NCBI GenBank assembly: GCA_964347085.1 | Contig: CAYFXF010000006.1 | Coordinates: forward strand, 1,811-44,947 | From: an uncultured Gemmatimonadota bacterium | Lineage (GTDB): Bacteria > Gemmatimonadota > Gemmatimonadetes > Palauibacterales > KS3-K002 | DNA length: 43,137 nucleotides | Reading direction: 5' to 3' | The notes under the pieces: generated by a model | What the model saw: the letters and a program-made list of their open reading frames with translations, nothing else | Told to the model about the DNA's origin: nothing | The model's database searches: none | Shown: positions 8,976 through 18,409 of the stretch, piece after piece | How positions within the stretch are numbered: position 1 is the first letter of the stretch | How the letters are laid out: each line of letters starts with the position of its first letter | Program-made: the position numbers and the translations under genes

Positions 8976-9824
8976 TCAGCGCTGCGCCTCGGAGAAGGTG
9001 TCGCAGCGGTTGGGGTTTCCGGCCTCGAAGCCGCGCCGGAACCAGTAAGCACGCTGTTGCGAGGTGCCGTGCGTGAAGCTCTCCGGGGAAACGTAGCCGC
9101 GGGATTGACGCTGCAACCGGTCGTCGCCGATCGCGGCGGCGGCAGCTAGAGCCTCCTCCAGGTCGCCGGCTTCGAGCCACCCCCAGTCCCGGTCGGTGTG
9201 ATAGCCCCAGACGCCGGCGAGACAGTCGGCCTGCAGCTCCTGGAGGACGGAGAGCGCGCTCGCGTCGACCTGGGAGAGGCGGCGCTGGGCGACACGGACC
9301 TGGGTCGAGATGCCGAGCAAATTCTGCACGTGATGGCCGATCTCGTGCGCGATCACATAGGCCTGGGCGAAGTCGCCGGGCGCGCCAAAGCGGCGGTGCA
9401 GATCGTCAAAGAAGCTCAGGTCGATGTAGACCTTCTGGTCGGCCGGGCAGTAGAAGGGCCCAACGGCGGCCTGGGCAAAGCCGCAGGCCGACTGGACGGC
9501 ATCGGTAAAGAGGACGAGGGTCGGCTCGCGGTACGTGCGCCCCAGCTCGCGGAACAGCGGGTGCCAGGTGTCCTCCAGGTTGGCGAGCACGGCCGACGCG
9601 AACTCGGCCAGCTCCGCCTCTGCGGCCGAGGGCGTCCCGGCGGCCGGCTCGCTCACCGTAGCTGGGCCACCCACCTGCAACAGAGCCGAGGGGTCAACGC
9701 CGAGGAAGAGCGCGAGTACGAGCGCCACGAGGAGTCCGAGTCCACCACCCGCCGCGCGGCGACTCACGCGTCGGCCGCGTCGGTCCTCGATGTGGCTGCT
9801 CCGCCTGCCGGATCGCCAACGCAT
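8976..9824 (-). CDS. ypfJ: YpfJ-family neutral zinc metallopeptidase
   Basis: MRWRSGRRSSHIEDRRG start, TM segment, FYCPADQKVYIDLSFF, HEIGHHVQ zinc motif. AAGGAGA SD upstream. Confidence 0.8.
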   Translation of the reverse strand: MRWRSGRRSSHIEDRRGRRVSRRAAGGGLGLLVALVLALFLGVDPSALLQVGGPATVSEPAAGTPSAAEAELAEFASAVLANLEDTWHPLFRELGRTYREPTLVLFTDAVQSACGFAQAAVGPFYCPADQKVYIDLSFFDDLHRRFGAPGDFAQAYVIAHEIGHHVQNLLGISTQVRVAQRRLSQVDASALSVLQELQADCLAGVWGYHTDRDWGWLEAGDLEEALAAAAAIGDDRLQRQSRGYVSPESFTHGTSQQRAYWFRRGFEAGNPNRCDTFSEAQR

Positions 9825-9905
9825 GCGCCTGTCTCCTTTCTTCTCGCTTCATCTGTAGACACGCCGCGGGGCGGTCGGGTCAGATTATTTGGCCGGTCGC
9901 CCCGC

Positions 9906-10895
9906 TCAGCGGGTGTGCAACTCGACGATGTCGCCGTCCTCGAGCACGTGTTCCTCGCCGACGCGCTGTCCTTCGAAGCGGCCCGAGGCGCCCCACAGCC
10001 GCCCGTAACGGAAATTGGCGAGGATCTCCTTGTGTATCTTGCCGGCCAGGTCGCGCACCGTACTACCGACGGGTAATACGAACGGCTCGCCGAGGTCGGC
10101 CTCTTTGCCGGGCTGTTTGGTGAAGACCCGGGCGATCTGCATGACCTGGAACAGCGTCCGCTGGAGCTCGTCGATCCCGTCCTCCCGCTCGACGGAGAGG
10201 CGGCAGAACGGAAACCGCTCGCCGAAACGTGCTGTGAGTTCCTCTGCCGCGGCCTGCGCAGCGGGCGCCTCCGACTTGTTCCCCGCGAGGAGCGTCGGGA
10301 TGCAGACCTCGAAGCCTTCACGCTCGTCCGGCACCTGTCCGATCAGCACCACGTCGCGGGCTTCCAGCCCTTCGACGATGTAATCGATCCGGTCGGCCGC
10401 CTGCGGATCTGCCAGATCGGCGAGCAGCACACAGGCGTCAGCCCGGCGAACCAGCTCGGGCAGCCAGTTGACGCTGAACTCCTCGGACCAGGCCGGCGTG
10501 TCGATGAGCTGGATCTGAATGTCTTCGAACGCCATCATGGCCGGGATCGGCGACTGGGTGCTGAACGGGTAGTCGGCGACGCGCACTTCTGCGTGCGTGA
10601 CCTTGGCGATGAGCGCTGATTTGCCGGCATTGGGCGGTCCGATCACCGGGACCTGTCCGGCCCCGACTTTGTCGATCACCCAGTGGGGTGCCTGCCGAGC
10701 CGCGGGCGCCTTCTTCGCCTGCTCCTTCAGCTGCGCGATGCGCCGCTTGATGTCGGCCTGCAGCTTGTCGGTGCCCTTGTGCTTGGGCATAACGGCCAAC
10801 ATCTCACGCAGGGCCGCGACCTTCTCCTCGGCCGTGTTGGCTTGCCGGTACTTCTTCTCGGCTGTGTGGTAGACCGGTGGCAGATTCGCAGGCAT
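9906..10895 (-). CDS. DRG/OBG-like GTPase with C-terminal TGS domain
   Basis: ORF 9906..10964 begins with TTG; ATG 10895 is preferred. G1 GPPNAGKS, DYPFST, G3 DTPA, TGS-like C-terminus (ARVFTKQPGKEAD...GDIVELH). Confidence 0.75.
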   Translation of the reverse strand: MPANLPPVYHTAEKKYRQANTAEEKVAALREMLAVMPKHKGTDKLQADIKRRIAQLKEQAKKAPAARQAPHWVIDKVGAGQVPVIGPPNAGKSALIAKVTHAEVRVADYPFSTQSPIPAMMAFEDIQIQLIDTPAWSEEFSVNWLPELVRRADACVLLADLADPQAADRIDYIVEGLEARDVVLIGQVPDEREGFEVCIPTLLAGNKSEAPAAQAAAEELTARFGERFPFCRLSVEREDGIDELQRTLFQVMQIARVFTKQPGKEADLGEPFVLPVGSTVRDLAGKIHKEILANFRYGRLWGASGRFEGQRVGEEHVLEDGDIVELHTR

Positions 10896-11041
10896 GGACG
10901 GTGGCGCGGCTATCTGTTTATCGTCTCGAGCCTCAAAGCTGTCCTGAGGCGCGCCGACTGGCAACTCGGTCTCCGTTGCCCGCGCATGGAGCCCTCCCTA
11001 TGATGAGCGTGTCAGCGCTCAGCAGACCGGCGAGGTAGGCC

Positions 11042-11521
11042 ATGGAGACGGGATCCGCCCCGGCCCAATTCAACTTGCGAGTTGGCGACAAGCTCTACGA
11101 CCTCGGCGAGGCCGAGTTCGGCGGTGTGCTGTACGACATCGTGACGACACTGGTGTACGAGAAGCGGGTCGACCGGGCCTCGTACGTCATGCAGTGCCGG
11201 GAGTCGGAACTCACGGGGTCCGGCAGCGTTCACTTCGATCCGATGTGCGTGAGCCTGTACAGGCACCTCAAGGAAGATCCTTACCACGGTAAGGTCTACG
11301 AAGATCTCGGTGGCGAGACGCACTCGTTCCGCCTGCACTCGATCATCGACGGCCTCGAGGCGGTCGCCTTCTACCTGCGAGCCGGCGCGATGGTGCCCCA
11401 TTTCCTCGTCGGCCGCCCGGAGGAGGATTTGCTGATCGTACTGGACCGGGGCGCGCGTTCGGAGCTGAGGGTGGACGATCCCGCGTGGCTCGAGCGGATC
11501 GCGCGGCTCCTCTCGGATTGA
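11042..11521 (+). CDS. Hypothetical protein, no family recognised
   Basis: 160-codon ORF with G/C3 bias, divergent from the GTPase gene. Confidence 0.5.
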   Translation: METGSAPAQFNLRVGDKLYDLGEAEFGGVLYDIVTTLVYEKRVDRASYVMQCRESELTGSGSVHFDPMCVSLYRHLKEDPYHGKVYEDLGGETHSFRLHSIIDGLEAVAFYLRAGAMVPHFLVGRPEEDLLIVLDRGARSELRVDDPAWLERIARLLSD

Positions 11522-11583
11522 CTTCCAGCTTCGTCGAACAGCTGTGGCCCCTGGGGATCGCTTCGGGGCGGCGAACGCTCAAT

Positions 11584-12399
11584 CTAGCGACGCGCGGCGA
11601 CGACCGTCAGCCAGTTGCGCGGCCATGCGGGCATGCCGAACTCGGCGAACGTCTCGTGCAGCGACGCCACCAGCACATCGCTGGCCGTCTTGAGTGGGAT
11701 GCCGGGCAGGGCGCCGGCGATGAAATCGGAGAAACGACTGAGATCCACCCAACCCTGTTCGGGCACCCGCCCGGGATAGATCTCCTGCGAGCGGATCTCG
11801 AACCCCTGGCTCTCCAGCAGGACGCGGTACTGCTCCGCGCTCAGCTGGCGGCGCGATTCGACCTTGTCACGCGTCGGCTTCAGGTTGTACTCGGTCTTGA
11901 GTTTCCGTAGCGTCTTCAGCATCCAGCGCCGGTAGTACTTCTGGGTCTCCCGCGGCATGGCACCTTCGAAGAACCCCGTGTTGAAGGCGAATATGCCGCC
12001 GGGTTTGAGCGTCTTGTGGACTTCGGCGACCAGGCGGTCTTTGTCCTCGATGTAATGGATTCCGTTACAGAAGACGACGGCGTCCACAGCGCGCCGGATG
12101 CTGCGCGACAGCTCCTCGGCCCGGGCCTGCACGAGCTCGACCACCGCGTCGCGAGCGCCGGCGACCTTCGCGCGCGCGTCTCGCAGCGCGCTCGCCGACA
12201 TGTCGACGCCGATCACCATGGCCTCCCGCGCGCCACGGATTTTCTCTAGGATGAGCGCGGTAATGGCACCGCTGCCGCAGGCCACGTCGACCACGGTCCA
12301 GCCGCGCTCGAGTCGGGCGCGGTCGACCAGTGTCTTGTTCACCTCGCGATAGAACTCGTGCTCGCTGAAAGCCTTGAATGAGTACTCTTGAGTCGCCAT
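11584..12399 (-). CDS. Class I SAM-dependent methyltransferase
   Basis: ATG 12399 (GGAGA upstream) within ORF 11584..12579. Motif I VVDVACGSGAIT; post-motif LKPGGIFAF. Confidence 0.75.
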   Translation of the reverse strand: MATQEYSFKAFSEHEFYREVNKTLVDRARLERGWTVVDVACGSGAITALILEKIRGAREAMVIGVDMSASALRDARAKVAGARDAVVELVQARAEELSRSIRRAVDAVVFCNGIHYIEDKDRLVAEVHKTLKPGGIFAFNTGFFEGAMPRETQKYYRRWMLKTLRKLKTEYNLKPTRDKVESRRQLSAEQYRVLLESQGFEIRSQEIYPGRVPEQGWVDLSRFSDFIAGALPGIPLKTASDVLVASLHETFAEFGMPAWPRNWLTVVAARR

Positions 12400-12590
12400 C
12401 CGACCTATCTCCGTGCTTGCACCGTGCCCGGTTGCAACACCCAACAATTTAGCTAATCGGCGGCCCGGCCGCGAGTGCTTGCCCTGCGCAGCGGCGCGCG
12501 ATAGAGTCAGATGCACTCTCCAGCCCGACCCCACGGACAATACGTTTGACCACCGGCTGCGGCCGGCCCGTCTACCCACGGAGGCTGGAG

Positions 12591-13592
12591 ATGGATTTCC
12601 TGACGCTCACGCTCGCCGCTCTCGTCTTCCTCGTCCTCTGGTTGGCCTGGCGGTTGGTCCGCTTGGATCGGGCGCTCAGGCGCGCGGGGGAGTCGCCGCC
12701 CGCGGTCTTGCAGCTGCTGCAGCAGGAGGTTCAGGCCGTGCGCTCGGGTGTGGACGAGCGGTTACGCGAGCACACCCAGCAGAGTCACGAACTCAGCCGG
12801 CGGCTCGGCGAGCTGCAGAAAGCGACGGAGCAGGTGGAGCAGCTTGGCGCCGGACTGGAGGAACTGCAGAAGATGTTGGGTCCGCCGGGCCTGCGGGGGG
12901 CGTTCGGTGAGCGGCTGTTGGAGGACCTGCTAGCCGATGTGTTGCCGCGCGATCGGTTCACCACCCAGTACACCTATCCGACCAGTGGAGTCAGGGTTGA
13001 TGCGGCGGTGTTCGTGGGCGGGGGCCAGCTGCTGCCGATCGATTGCAAGTTCCCGCTCGACAACCTGCGCTGTTGCCTGGAAGTCGAGGGAGCGGAGCGT
13101 GATGCGGCGCGGCGTGCATTCGGGCGTGACGTGAAGCGACACGTCAATGATGTTGCCGGGAAGTATCTATCGCCGCAGGACGGTGCGCTGGACATAGCGT
13201 TCATGTACATCCCGTCGGAGTCTGTCTTCCACGAGCTGATGACCCATCCGCTCGATTCGACGGGTGCCACGCTGAGCGAGTATGCCCTGCGCCGGCGCGT
13301 CGTGCCTGTCTCGCCGAATACGCTCTACGCCTATCTGAGCGTGGTGCGAACCGGGCTTCGAGGTTACCGACTTCAGCAAAGCGCGCGTGAACTTCTGGGC
13401 CAGCTTTCTCACCTGGGTTCGGACGTCGAGGGGCTGCGCACGGAGCTGGACCGGGCTCTCCGGCAAGCGCGACATTCGCTCTCGAACTTGCGCGGCGCTG
13501 AGGCCGCTCTGAGCCGTGTGGAGCTACGGCTGCATGGCGTCGGGGACGGCGAATCGCTCGAGCGGATTGAGGGGACTGGCGGTAAGAGCTGA
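12591..13592 (+). CDS. rmuC: DNA recombination protein RmuC
   Basis: ATG 12591 after GGAGGCTGGAG. N-terminal TM, coiled coil, then LPIDCKFPLDN, FMYIPSESVF, VPVSPNTLYAYL typical of RmuC. Confidence 0.8.
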   Translation: MDFLTLTLAALVFLVLWLAWRLVRLDRALRRAGESPPAVLQLLQQEVQAVRSGVDERLREHTQQSHELSRRLGELQKATEQVEQLGAGLEELQKMLGPPGLRGAFGERLLEDLLADVLPRDRFTTQYTYPTSGVRVDAAVFVGGGQLLPIDCKFPLDNLRCCLEVEGAERDAARRAFGRDVKRHVNDVAGKYLSPQDGALDIAFMYIPSESVFHELMTHPLDSTGATLSEYALRRRVVPVSPNTLYAYLSVVRTGLRGYRLQQSARELLGQLSHLGSDVEGLRTELDRALRQARHSLSNLRGAEAALSRVELRLHGVGDGESLERIEGTGGKS

Positions 13593-13603
13593 GCTGTGGA
13601 GCG

Positions 13604-14095
13604 CTATTTCTGCAATCGGGCCCGCAGGTCGCCGATGAAGGTCTCGAGGTGTTCCGGGCTCACGAGCAGGCGCTGCGCGCGCACTGAGTAGATCCGCGGG
13701 ATAACCGGCAGGGAGAGCGGGCGCCAGAACGATAGCTCGGCCACCGGGCCCGACGTCGTGACCACGGCGATCATGTCGCGCAGGTTCGTACGCACCCCCA
13801 GGCCGCCCACGATCTTCCAACGCGTTTCGCTCACCTTGGCGATGTCGGCGAGCGAGATCGTCTCGTCGAACAGTACGCCGAGCTTGACCCGGAGCGCCTC
13901 GTCACCGAGCTCGACGAAGGCGTCGCCTAGGTTGCGGCCCAGCCAGATCAGGCCGCCGGCCAGGGCCAACGGGCCGGCGAGCGGACCGATGGCGCGCCGT
14001 GCCGCAGCCTTGGCCAGGCCAACCGCACCGGCGGTTAGGCCACTTCCCGTGGTTAACGCTGCGAGCGTCTCTCTACCGGCCAGGGGATAGCGCAT
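13604..14095 (-). CDS. Hypothetical protein (hydrophobic Gly/Ala-rich N-terminal part, PH-like C-terminal part?)
   Basis: ATG 14095 inside ORF 13604..14221. No family recognised. Confidence 0.45.
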   Translation of the reverse strand: MRYPLAGRETLAALTTGSGLTAGAVGLAKAAARRAIGPLAGPLALAGGLIWLGRNLGDAFVELGDEALRVKLGVLFDETISLADIAKVSETRWKIVGGLGVRTNLRDMIAVVTTSGPVAELSFWRPLSLPVIPRIYSVRAQRLLVSPEHLETFIGDLRARLQK

Positions 14096-14180
14096 CGTAT
14101 CTGGAAATATAGTGCTGCCGCGGCACCAGCACACGCGGCCGCAGCGCGTCTCCCGCGCGCCCCCCGCGCGCCACCCAAAC

Positions 14181-15656
14181 TCATCTGAGGTACGTCTCGA
14201 AGAAGCCGGGCCCTCGCGCATCGACGCGGCGCCCGGCCAGCACGCCGCTCAGGGCCAGCGTCCCCTGCATCTGCGCGAAGTAGACGTCGGCGTCGGCGCC
14301 GAGCCTGAGGCGCGAGAGCGCGATTCGCGCCAGCTCGATGTCAGCCAGTAGCGAGTCGGAGCCCTGCACAGCGCTCCAACGCAGGCGCCGGGGCGCCACT
14401 ACGGCCCGGCCGTCGTGCTCGATCGTCTGCTCATCGGAATAGATCAGCTCGTGCGGCTCCAGCACGGCGGCCACCCCTAGCGAGTCGACCACGTAGCCTA
14501 GGAATCGCACGCCGTGGCGACGCGCTTCCTCGGCGGCCACGCCGTGCACGCCGCCGTACAGCACGTCGAACGCGCCCGCGTGGGCGGCCCCCCAATCCCA
14601 GACGACGCCGCCCCAGGTGCCCCAGTTGTGGTCGTGGTAGCCGATCGTCTCCTCTACAGACAGGCAGTCCTCACCCTGGCAGACGCGCCCGCTCGCGTCG
14701 GCGCGTAGCGCCGGCACGACGTAGCCGCTCAGGAACGAATCGGAAGCGGCCAGCTCGACCGGCGGAAAGTAACGGCCCGGGGCGGGCTGCAGCTCGACAT
14801 CGACCTCGAGTGGCGGTCCACCGTCGAGCGCGGGTAGTCGCGCGCGCACGCGATAGCGCGCTGGGTCGTCCACCAGCTGCACGGTGTGCGGCCCGAAACG
14901 GACGTCCGGCGAGCGGGTCGAGAACTCGATCGCGTCGGCGCGCAGCGTGTCGGCGAACGAATGGTGGCGGCCGTCGGGCGTCCGGTAGCGGGCGAGCACG
15001 ATCCCGCCCCAGCGGTCGCCACTCAAGTCGCCGCCCAGGATATACGACAGGTAGAGCCAGCGGTTCTCTTCCGGCCACAACAGATTGAAGTAATGCCACT
15101 CGGCCCAGGTCGTGTCGCCGCGCAGGGCCGCGGGTGGAAGGTGGAAGCGGTCGATCTCCGAGTAGAGCTCGTAGGCGGTCGGCGCGAGCCAGCGGCGATC
15201 GGCCTCGCTGTCGGCCCAGCCGCCGGCGCTCAACTGGGGCGGGGCGCCGAGTGCGGCTGCCGCTGAGGGGATGATCCCGCTGGCGCGAATCGGAACCACG
15301 CCTTGCCGACCGCCGCGGCGCAGATAGACGGCGCGGTCGTCGAGCCATGGGGCCGCCGTCTCGACCTGGTCGGCCAGGCGCGGCCCGAGCAGGATGGCGC
15401 GCGCGATGAAGCGGGCCTGCTCGATCCCGAAGAAGACGGCGCCGCCGGTGCGCAGCGTCTCCAGCTCGACGCCCACGGGGACGACGGTCAGATCACCGCC
15501 GCCGACCCAAGCCTCATCACGAGACTGCTGTACCATCACTTCGCCGATCGAGAGTAGGGCGAGCATGACCGACACGCCCGCGGCGTAGCCGCCGACGAAG
15601 ACGAGCGAGCGGATGGGGTGCAGTGCCAGGTGGCGAAGGACGAGCCGCCCGATCAT
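14181..15656 (-). CDS. Fusion protein: FtsX/MacB-type TM1 plus periplasmic N-terminus joined to an AttH/CrtC-like (COG5621-like) beta-rich domain
   Basis: ATGA overlap with the upstream ATPase. N-terminus LRHLALHPIRSLVFVGGYAAGVSVMLALLSIGE resembles MacB/LolC TM1. Later AEWHYFNLLW and GYHDHNWG resemble the EWWY / DHxWG signatures I recall for AttH/hydroxyneurosporene-synthase-like proteins. The domain call is from memory only. Confidence 0.55.
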   Translation of the reverse strand: MIGRLVLRHLALHPIRSLVFVGGYAAGVSVMLALLSIGEVMVQQSRDEAWVGGGDLTVVPVGVELETLRTGGAVFFGIEQARFIARAILLGPRLADQVETAAPWLDDRAVYLRRGGRQGVVPIRASGIIPSAAAALGAPPQLSAGGWADSEADRRWLAPTAYELYSEIDRFHLPPAALRGDTTWAEWHYFNLLWPEENRWLYLSYILGGDLSGDRWGGIVLARYRTPDGRHHSFADTLRADAIEFSTRSPDVRFGPHTVQLVDDPARYRVRARLPALDGGPPLEVDVELQPAPGRYFPPVELAASDSFLSGYVVPALRADASGRVCQGEDCLSVEETIGYHDHNWGTWGGVVWDWGAAHAGAFDVLYGGVHGVAAEEARRHGVRFLGYVVDSLGVAAVLEPHELIYSDEQTIEHDGRAVVAPRRLRWSAVQGSDSLLADIELARIALSRLRLGADADVYFAQMQGTLALSGVLAGRRVDARGPGFFETYLR

Positions 15657-16339
15657 GGCAGCTCCGCCAGCCTGAGCATGCCGTCCCGCATCTCGTGCAC
15701 GACGGTCGCCGGCTCTGCGAGCGCCGCATCGTGAGTGACGATCACCAGGGTCGTGCCGTCGCTGTTCAGGCGGAGGAAGAGCTCGGCGATCTCGGCACCG
15801 GTGTCGCGGTCCAGCTCGCCGGTCGGCTCGTCGGCGAGGATGATCGCCGGCGTGTTGGCCAGGGCGCGCGCGATCGCCACCCGCTGCATCTCGCCGCCCG
15901 ACAGTTGGCCGGGCCGGTGATCGACGCGCTGACCCAGTCCAACGTAGTCGAGCAGGTCACGCGCTCGCCCGCGTCGCTCCTGGCGTGGCGCGCCCGCCTC
16001 GGCCATCGGGAGCTCCACGTTCTCCGCCGCGGTGAGAGCGGGGAGCAGATGAAAGCGCTGGAAGACGAAACCGACGTGCTCGAGGCGCAGGCGCGTGAGG
16101 CGCCGGTCGCTGAGCTCGCGGGTCTCCTGTCCCAGCAGCTGCACGCTGCCCGACGTGGGGATGTCGATCCCGCCCAGCAGGTTGAGCAGCGTCGACTTGC
16201 CGGACCCACTGGGCCCAATCACGGCGACGTAGTCGCCGGCGTGCACGGTGAGATCGATGCCGCGCACCGCGTGCACCTGCGTGGTGCCGCGGGTGTAGGT
16301 GCGGTGCAGGTCGCGGGCCTCGGCGATTGCGGTGTTCAT
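15653..16339 (-). CDS. ABC transporter ATP-binding protein, MacB/LolD/AttE type
   Basis: ATG 16339 (ATGA overlap) inside ORF 15653..16714. [51 protein letters not shown]. Confidence 0.9.
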   Translation of the reverse strand: MNTAIAEARDLHRTYTRGTTQVHAVRGIDLTVHAGDYVAVIGPSGSGKSTLLNLLGGIDIPTSGSVQLLGQETRELSDRRLTRLRLEHVGFVFQRFHLLPALTAAENVELPMAEAGAPRQERRGRARDLLDYVGLGQRVDHRPGQLSGGEMQRVAIARALANTPAIILADEPTGELDRDTGAEIAELFLRLNSDGTTLVIVTHDAALAEPATVVHEMRDGMLRLAELP

Positions 16340-17532
16340 TCGATTTCCTCTCGGAGCACCGCCGCGATGTTCAGGCTGGCGGCGCGCCATGCGGGGTAGA
16401 GACCGGCCAGAAGGCCCGTGCCCACGAGCAGGCTGACCGCGAGCGCCGCGTCCGCCGGCCGAAGCACGAAGAAGGAGAGGTTGACCGGCAGCCCCGGGAA
16501 GGTGGTGAGGATGGTGTCGAGGTAGCGGGCCACGATCAGGCCGGCCGCCAGACCGACCACGGTCCCCGCGCTCGAGATCAGGAGGCCCTGCCAGGCGACC
16601 TGCGCCAGCATGCGGCCGCGCGTGACGCCCAGCGCGCGCAGCGCCGCGATCTCGCCCCAGCGCTCGTTCACCGAAAGGGTGAGCAGCGTGGTCACGAGCA
16701 GGAACGCGACGCATAGGCTCACGGTGCCGAGCACGAGCGAAAGCTGCTGGAAGTAGGTCAAACGGTCACCGGCTGCCTCGATGATCTCGGGGACCGCGTA
16801 GACGTCGACGTCCCGGTAGCGGCCACGCAGCTCCCGCGCGACGAGGTAGGGGTCGGCGTCGTGGGCGACGCGTACCAGGAGCATCACCGCCGGCCGCGCG
16901 GCCGTGCCGGCCATCGTCCAGAGGTCGGGCAGCGCCAGGCTGAGGTAATAGGCGTCCGGCGGCGCAAACATGAAGTCGGCGATGCCCGCAACCCGCACGC
17001 TGCGCCGCCGCCTGAGCGCAGCGACCGCCGGGTCGGGATCGAGACCGACGAGCAGCGAGTCGCCGACGGCGAGCCCGTAGGCCTCCGCCAGCGTCGTGCT
17101 GACCACCGCCTCGCCGGAGCGCTCGACGGGCCCGCCTTCGCGCAGGCGCAGGGTGGGCGCGGCGCGCGGGGGCACACCGTACCCGAAGGCCGCCTCCGGC
17201 GCCCGGCCGGCGGCCAGGCTCGCGACGTAGACCGTCTGGCCCCAGAGCGGGATCGCCTCGGCCACCCGCGGGTCGCCGGCGACCTCGGCGGCGAGCGAGT
17301 CGCTGTTGAAGAGGGCCGCCTCGGTCTCGAACGGCAGCACGCCCTTCGGCAGCACGCGGATCTGGTAGCCGGTCGACTCCAGCAGGTCGACCAGGCTGCG
17401 CTGCAGTCCCTCGGCCAGCATCACCATGTCGATCAGCACGGCCGTCGCGACCGTGACGCCGGCGACGAACAGCACGAGCCGGCGGGGTCGCCGCACCAGC
17501 GTGCGCCAGCCGAGCGCAAACGCGTGGCTCAT
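16336..17532 (-). CDS. FtsX/MacB-family ABC transporter permease
   Basis: N-terminal TM (RRLVLFVAGVTVATAVLIDMVML), periplasmic domain, C-terminal FtsX module (GEIAALRALGVTRGRM...). Confidence 0.8.
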   Translation of the reverse strand: MSHAFALGWRTLVRRPRRLVLFVAGVTVATAVLIDMVMLAEGLQRSLVDLLESTGYQIRVLPKGVLPFETEAALFNSDSLAAEVAGDPRVAEAIPLWGQTVYVASLAAGRAPEAAFGYGVPPRAAPTLRLREGGPVERSGEAVVSTTLAEAYGLAVGDSLLVGLDPDPAVAALRRRRSVRVAGIADFMFAPPDAYYLSLALPDLWTMAGTAARPAVMLLVRVAHDADPYLVARELRGRYRDVDVYAVPEIIEAAGDRLTYFQQLSLVLGTVSLCVAFLLVTTLLTLSVNERWGEIAALRALGVTRGRMLAQVAWQGLLISSAGTVVGLAAGLIVARYLDTILTTFPGLPVNLSFFVLRPADAALAVSLLVGTGLLAGLYPAWRAASLNIAAVLREEIE

Positions 17533-18353
17533 GGCTGTCGGAGCCGCGCTGAGCCGGTGCGCACCATCTGCGTACCGGCCAGGATGCCGACGACGACGCC
17601 GGTGGCGAGCCCGATGAAGCCGACGAGGAGCGCGAGGTCGGGGGTTACCCGAGCGAAGGCGAGCGTCGTGTCATAGAGGCCGCGGAAGTAGGCGTTGATG
17701 ATGCCGGAGCCGGCCCAGCCGAGCGCCAGCCCCAGGCCGGTTCCCAGCGCGGCCATCGCCAGCGTCTCGCTGAACATCCAGGTGAAGAGCGTGCGCCGCG
17801 AGATACCGACGTCTCGCATCGACGCGCCCTCGAGTCGGCGTTCCTCGATCTTGAGAACGACCAGACAGAGAAGGAAAACCGCGCTACCCACGATCGTGAT
17901 CCCGGCAAGCGCGCGGTGAAAGCGCGAGACCACGCGAAACGTCTCGGTCGTCGCCTCGGCGACGGTTTCACTGGGCAGCGCGTCCGCGCCGAAAGCGAGC
18001 CGGTCGATCGTCGCGATCACCGATTCGCGGTCCGCACCGGGCCTGAGCCGCACGCTGAAGCGGTCGACTCGGTCGCTGGCGCCGAGCAACGCCTGCAGGT
18101 CGGGCAGGTGAAAGATCGCCCGGTAATCGCGCAGCGTGGCGGTTGCAGGGTCGGCCGGTCGCCGGTAGGTGCCGGACACGATGAACGGGCGCTCGCCAGT
18201 ATCGAGCCCGGAGACCCACACCGTGTCTCCGAGCCCGATCTCGAGCTGCTGGGCGGTGCGGTTCGCGAGCAGGAGTTCGGGGAGGTCGCTACCCTTCGCC
18301 GTCGGCGCGAACCCGACGGCGACCCACAGAACGAGTCGGCTGAGGTGAAGCAC
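17529..18353 (-). CDS. Short FtsX-family permease (reduced N-terminus)
   Basis: GTG 18353 immediately after an in-frame stop. C-terminal FtsX module (EGASMRDVGISRRTLF...). Only a short hydrophobic N-terminus replaces the canonical TM1. Confidence 0.7.
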   Translation of the reverse strand: MLHLSRLVLWVAVGFAPTAKGSDLPELLLANRTAQQLEIGLGDTVWVSGLDTGERPFIVSGTYRRPADPATATLRDYRAIFHLPDLQALLGASDRVDRFSVRLRPGADRESVIATIDRLAFGADALPSETVAEATTETFRVVSRFHRALAGITIVGSAVFLLCLVVLKIEERRLEGASMRDVGISRRTLFTWMFSETLAMAALGTGLGLALGWAGSGIINAYFRGLYDTTLAFARVTPDLALLVGFIGLATGVVVGILAGTQMVRTGSARLRQP

Positions 18354-18409
18354 GCCCTAGGCTATCCTGGGCGCTTTGGGGTGTAAAGGGCGTTCAGCTG
18401 CTTGGCCGG

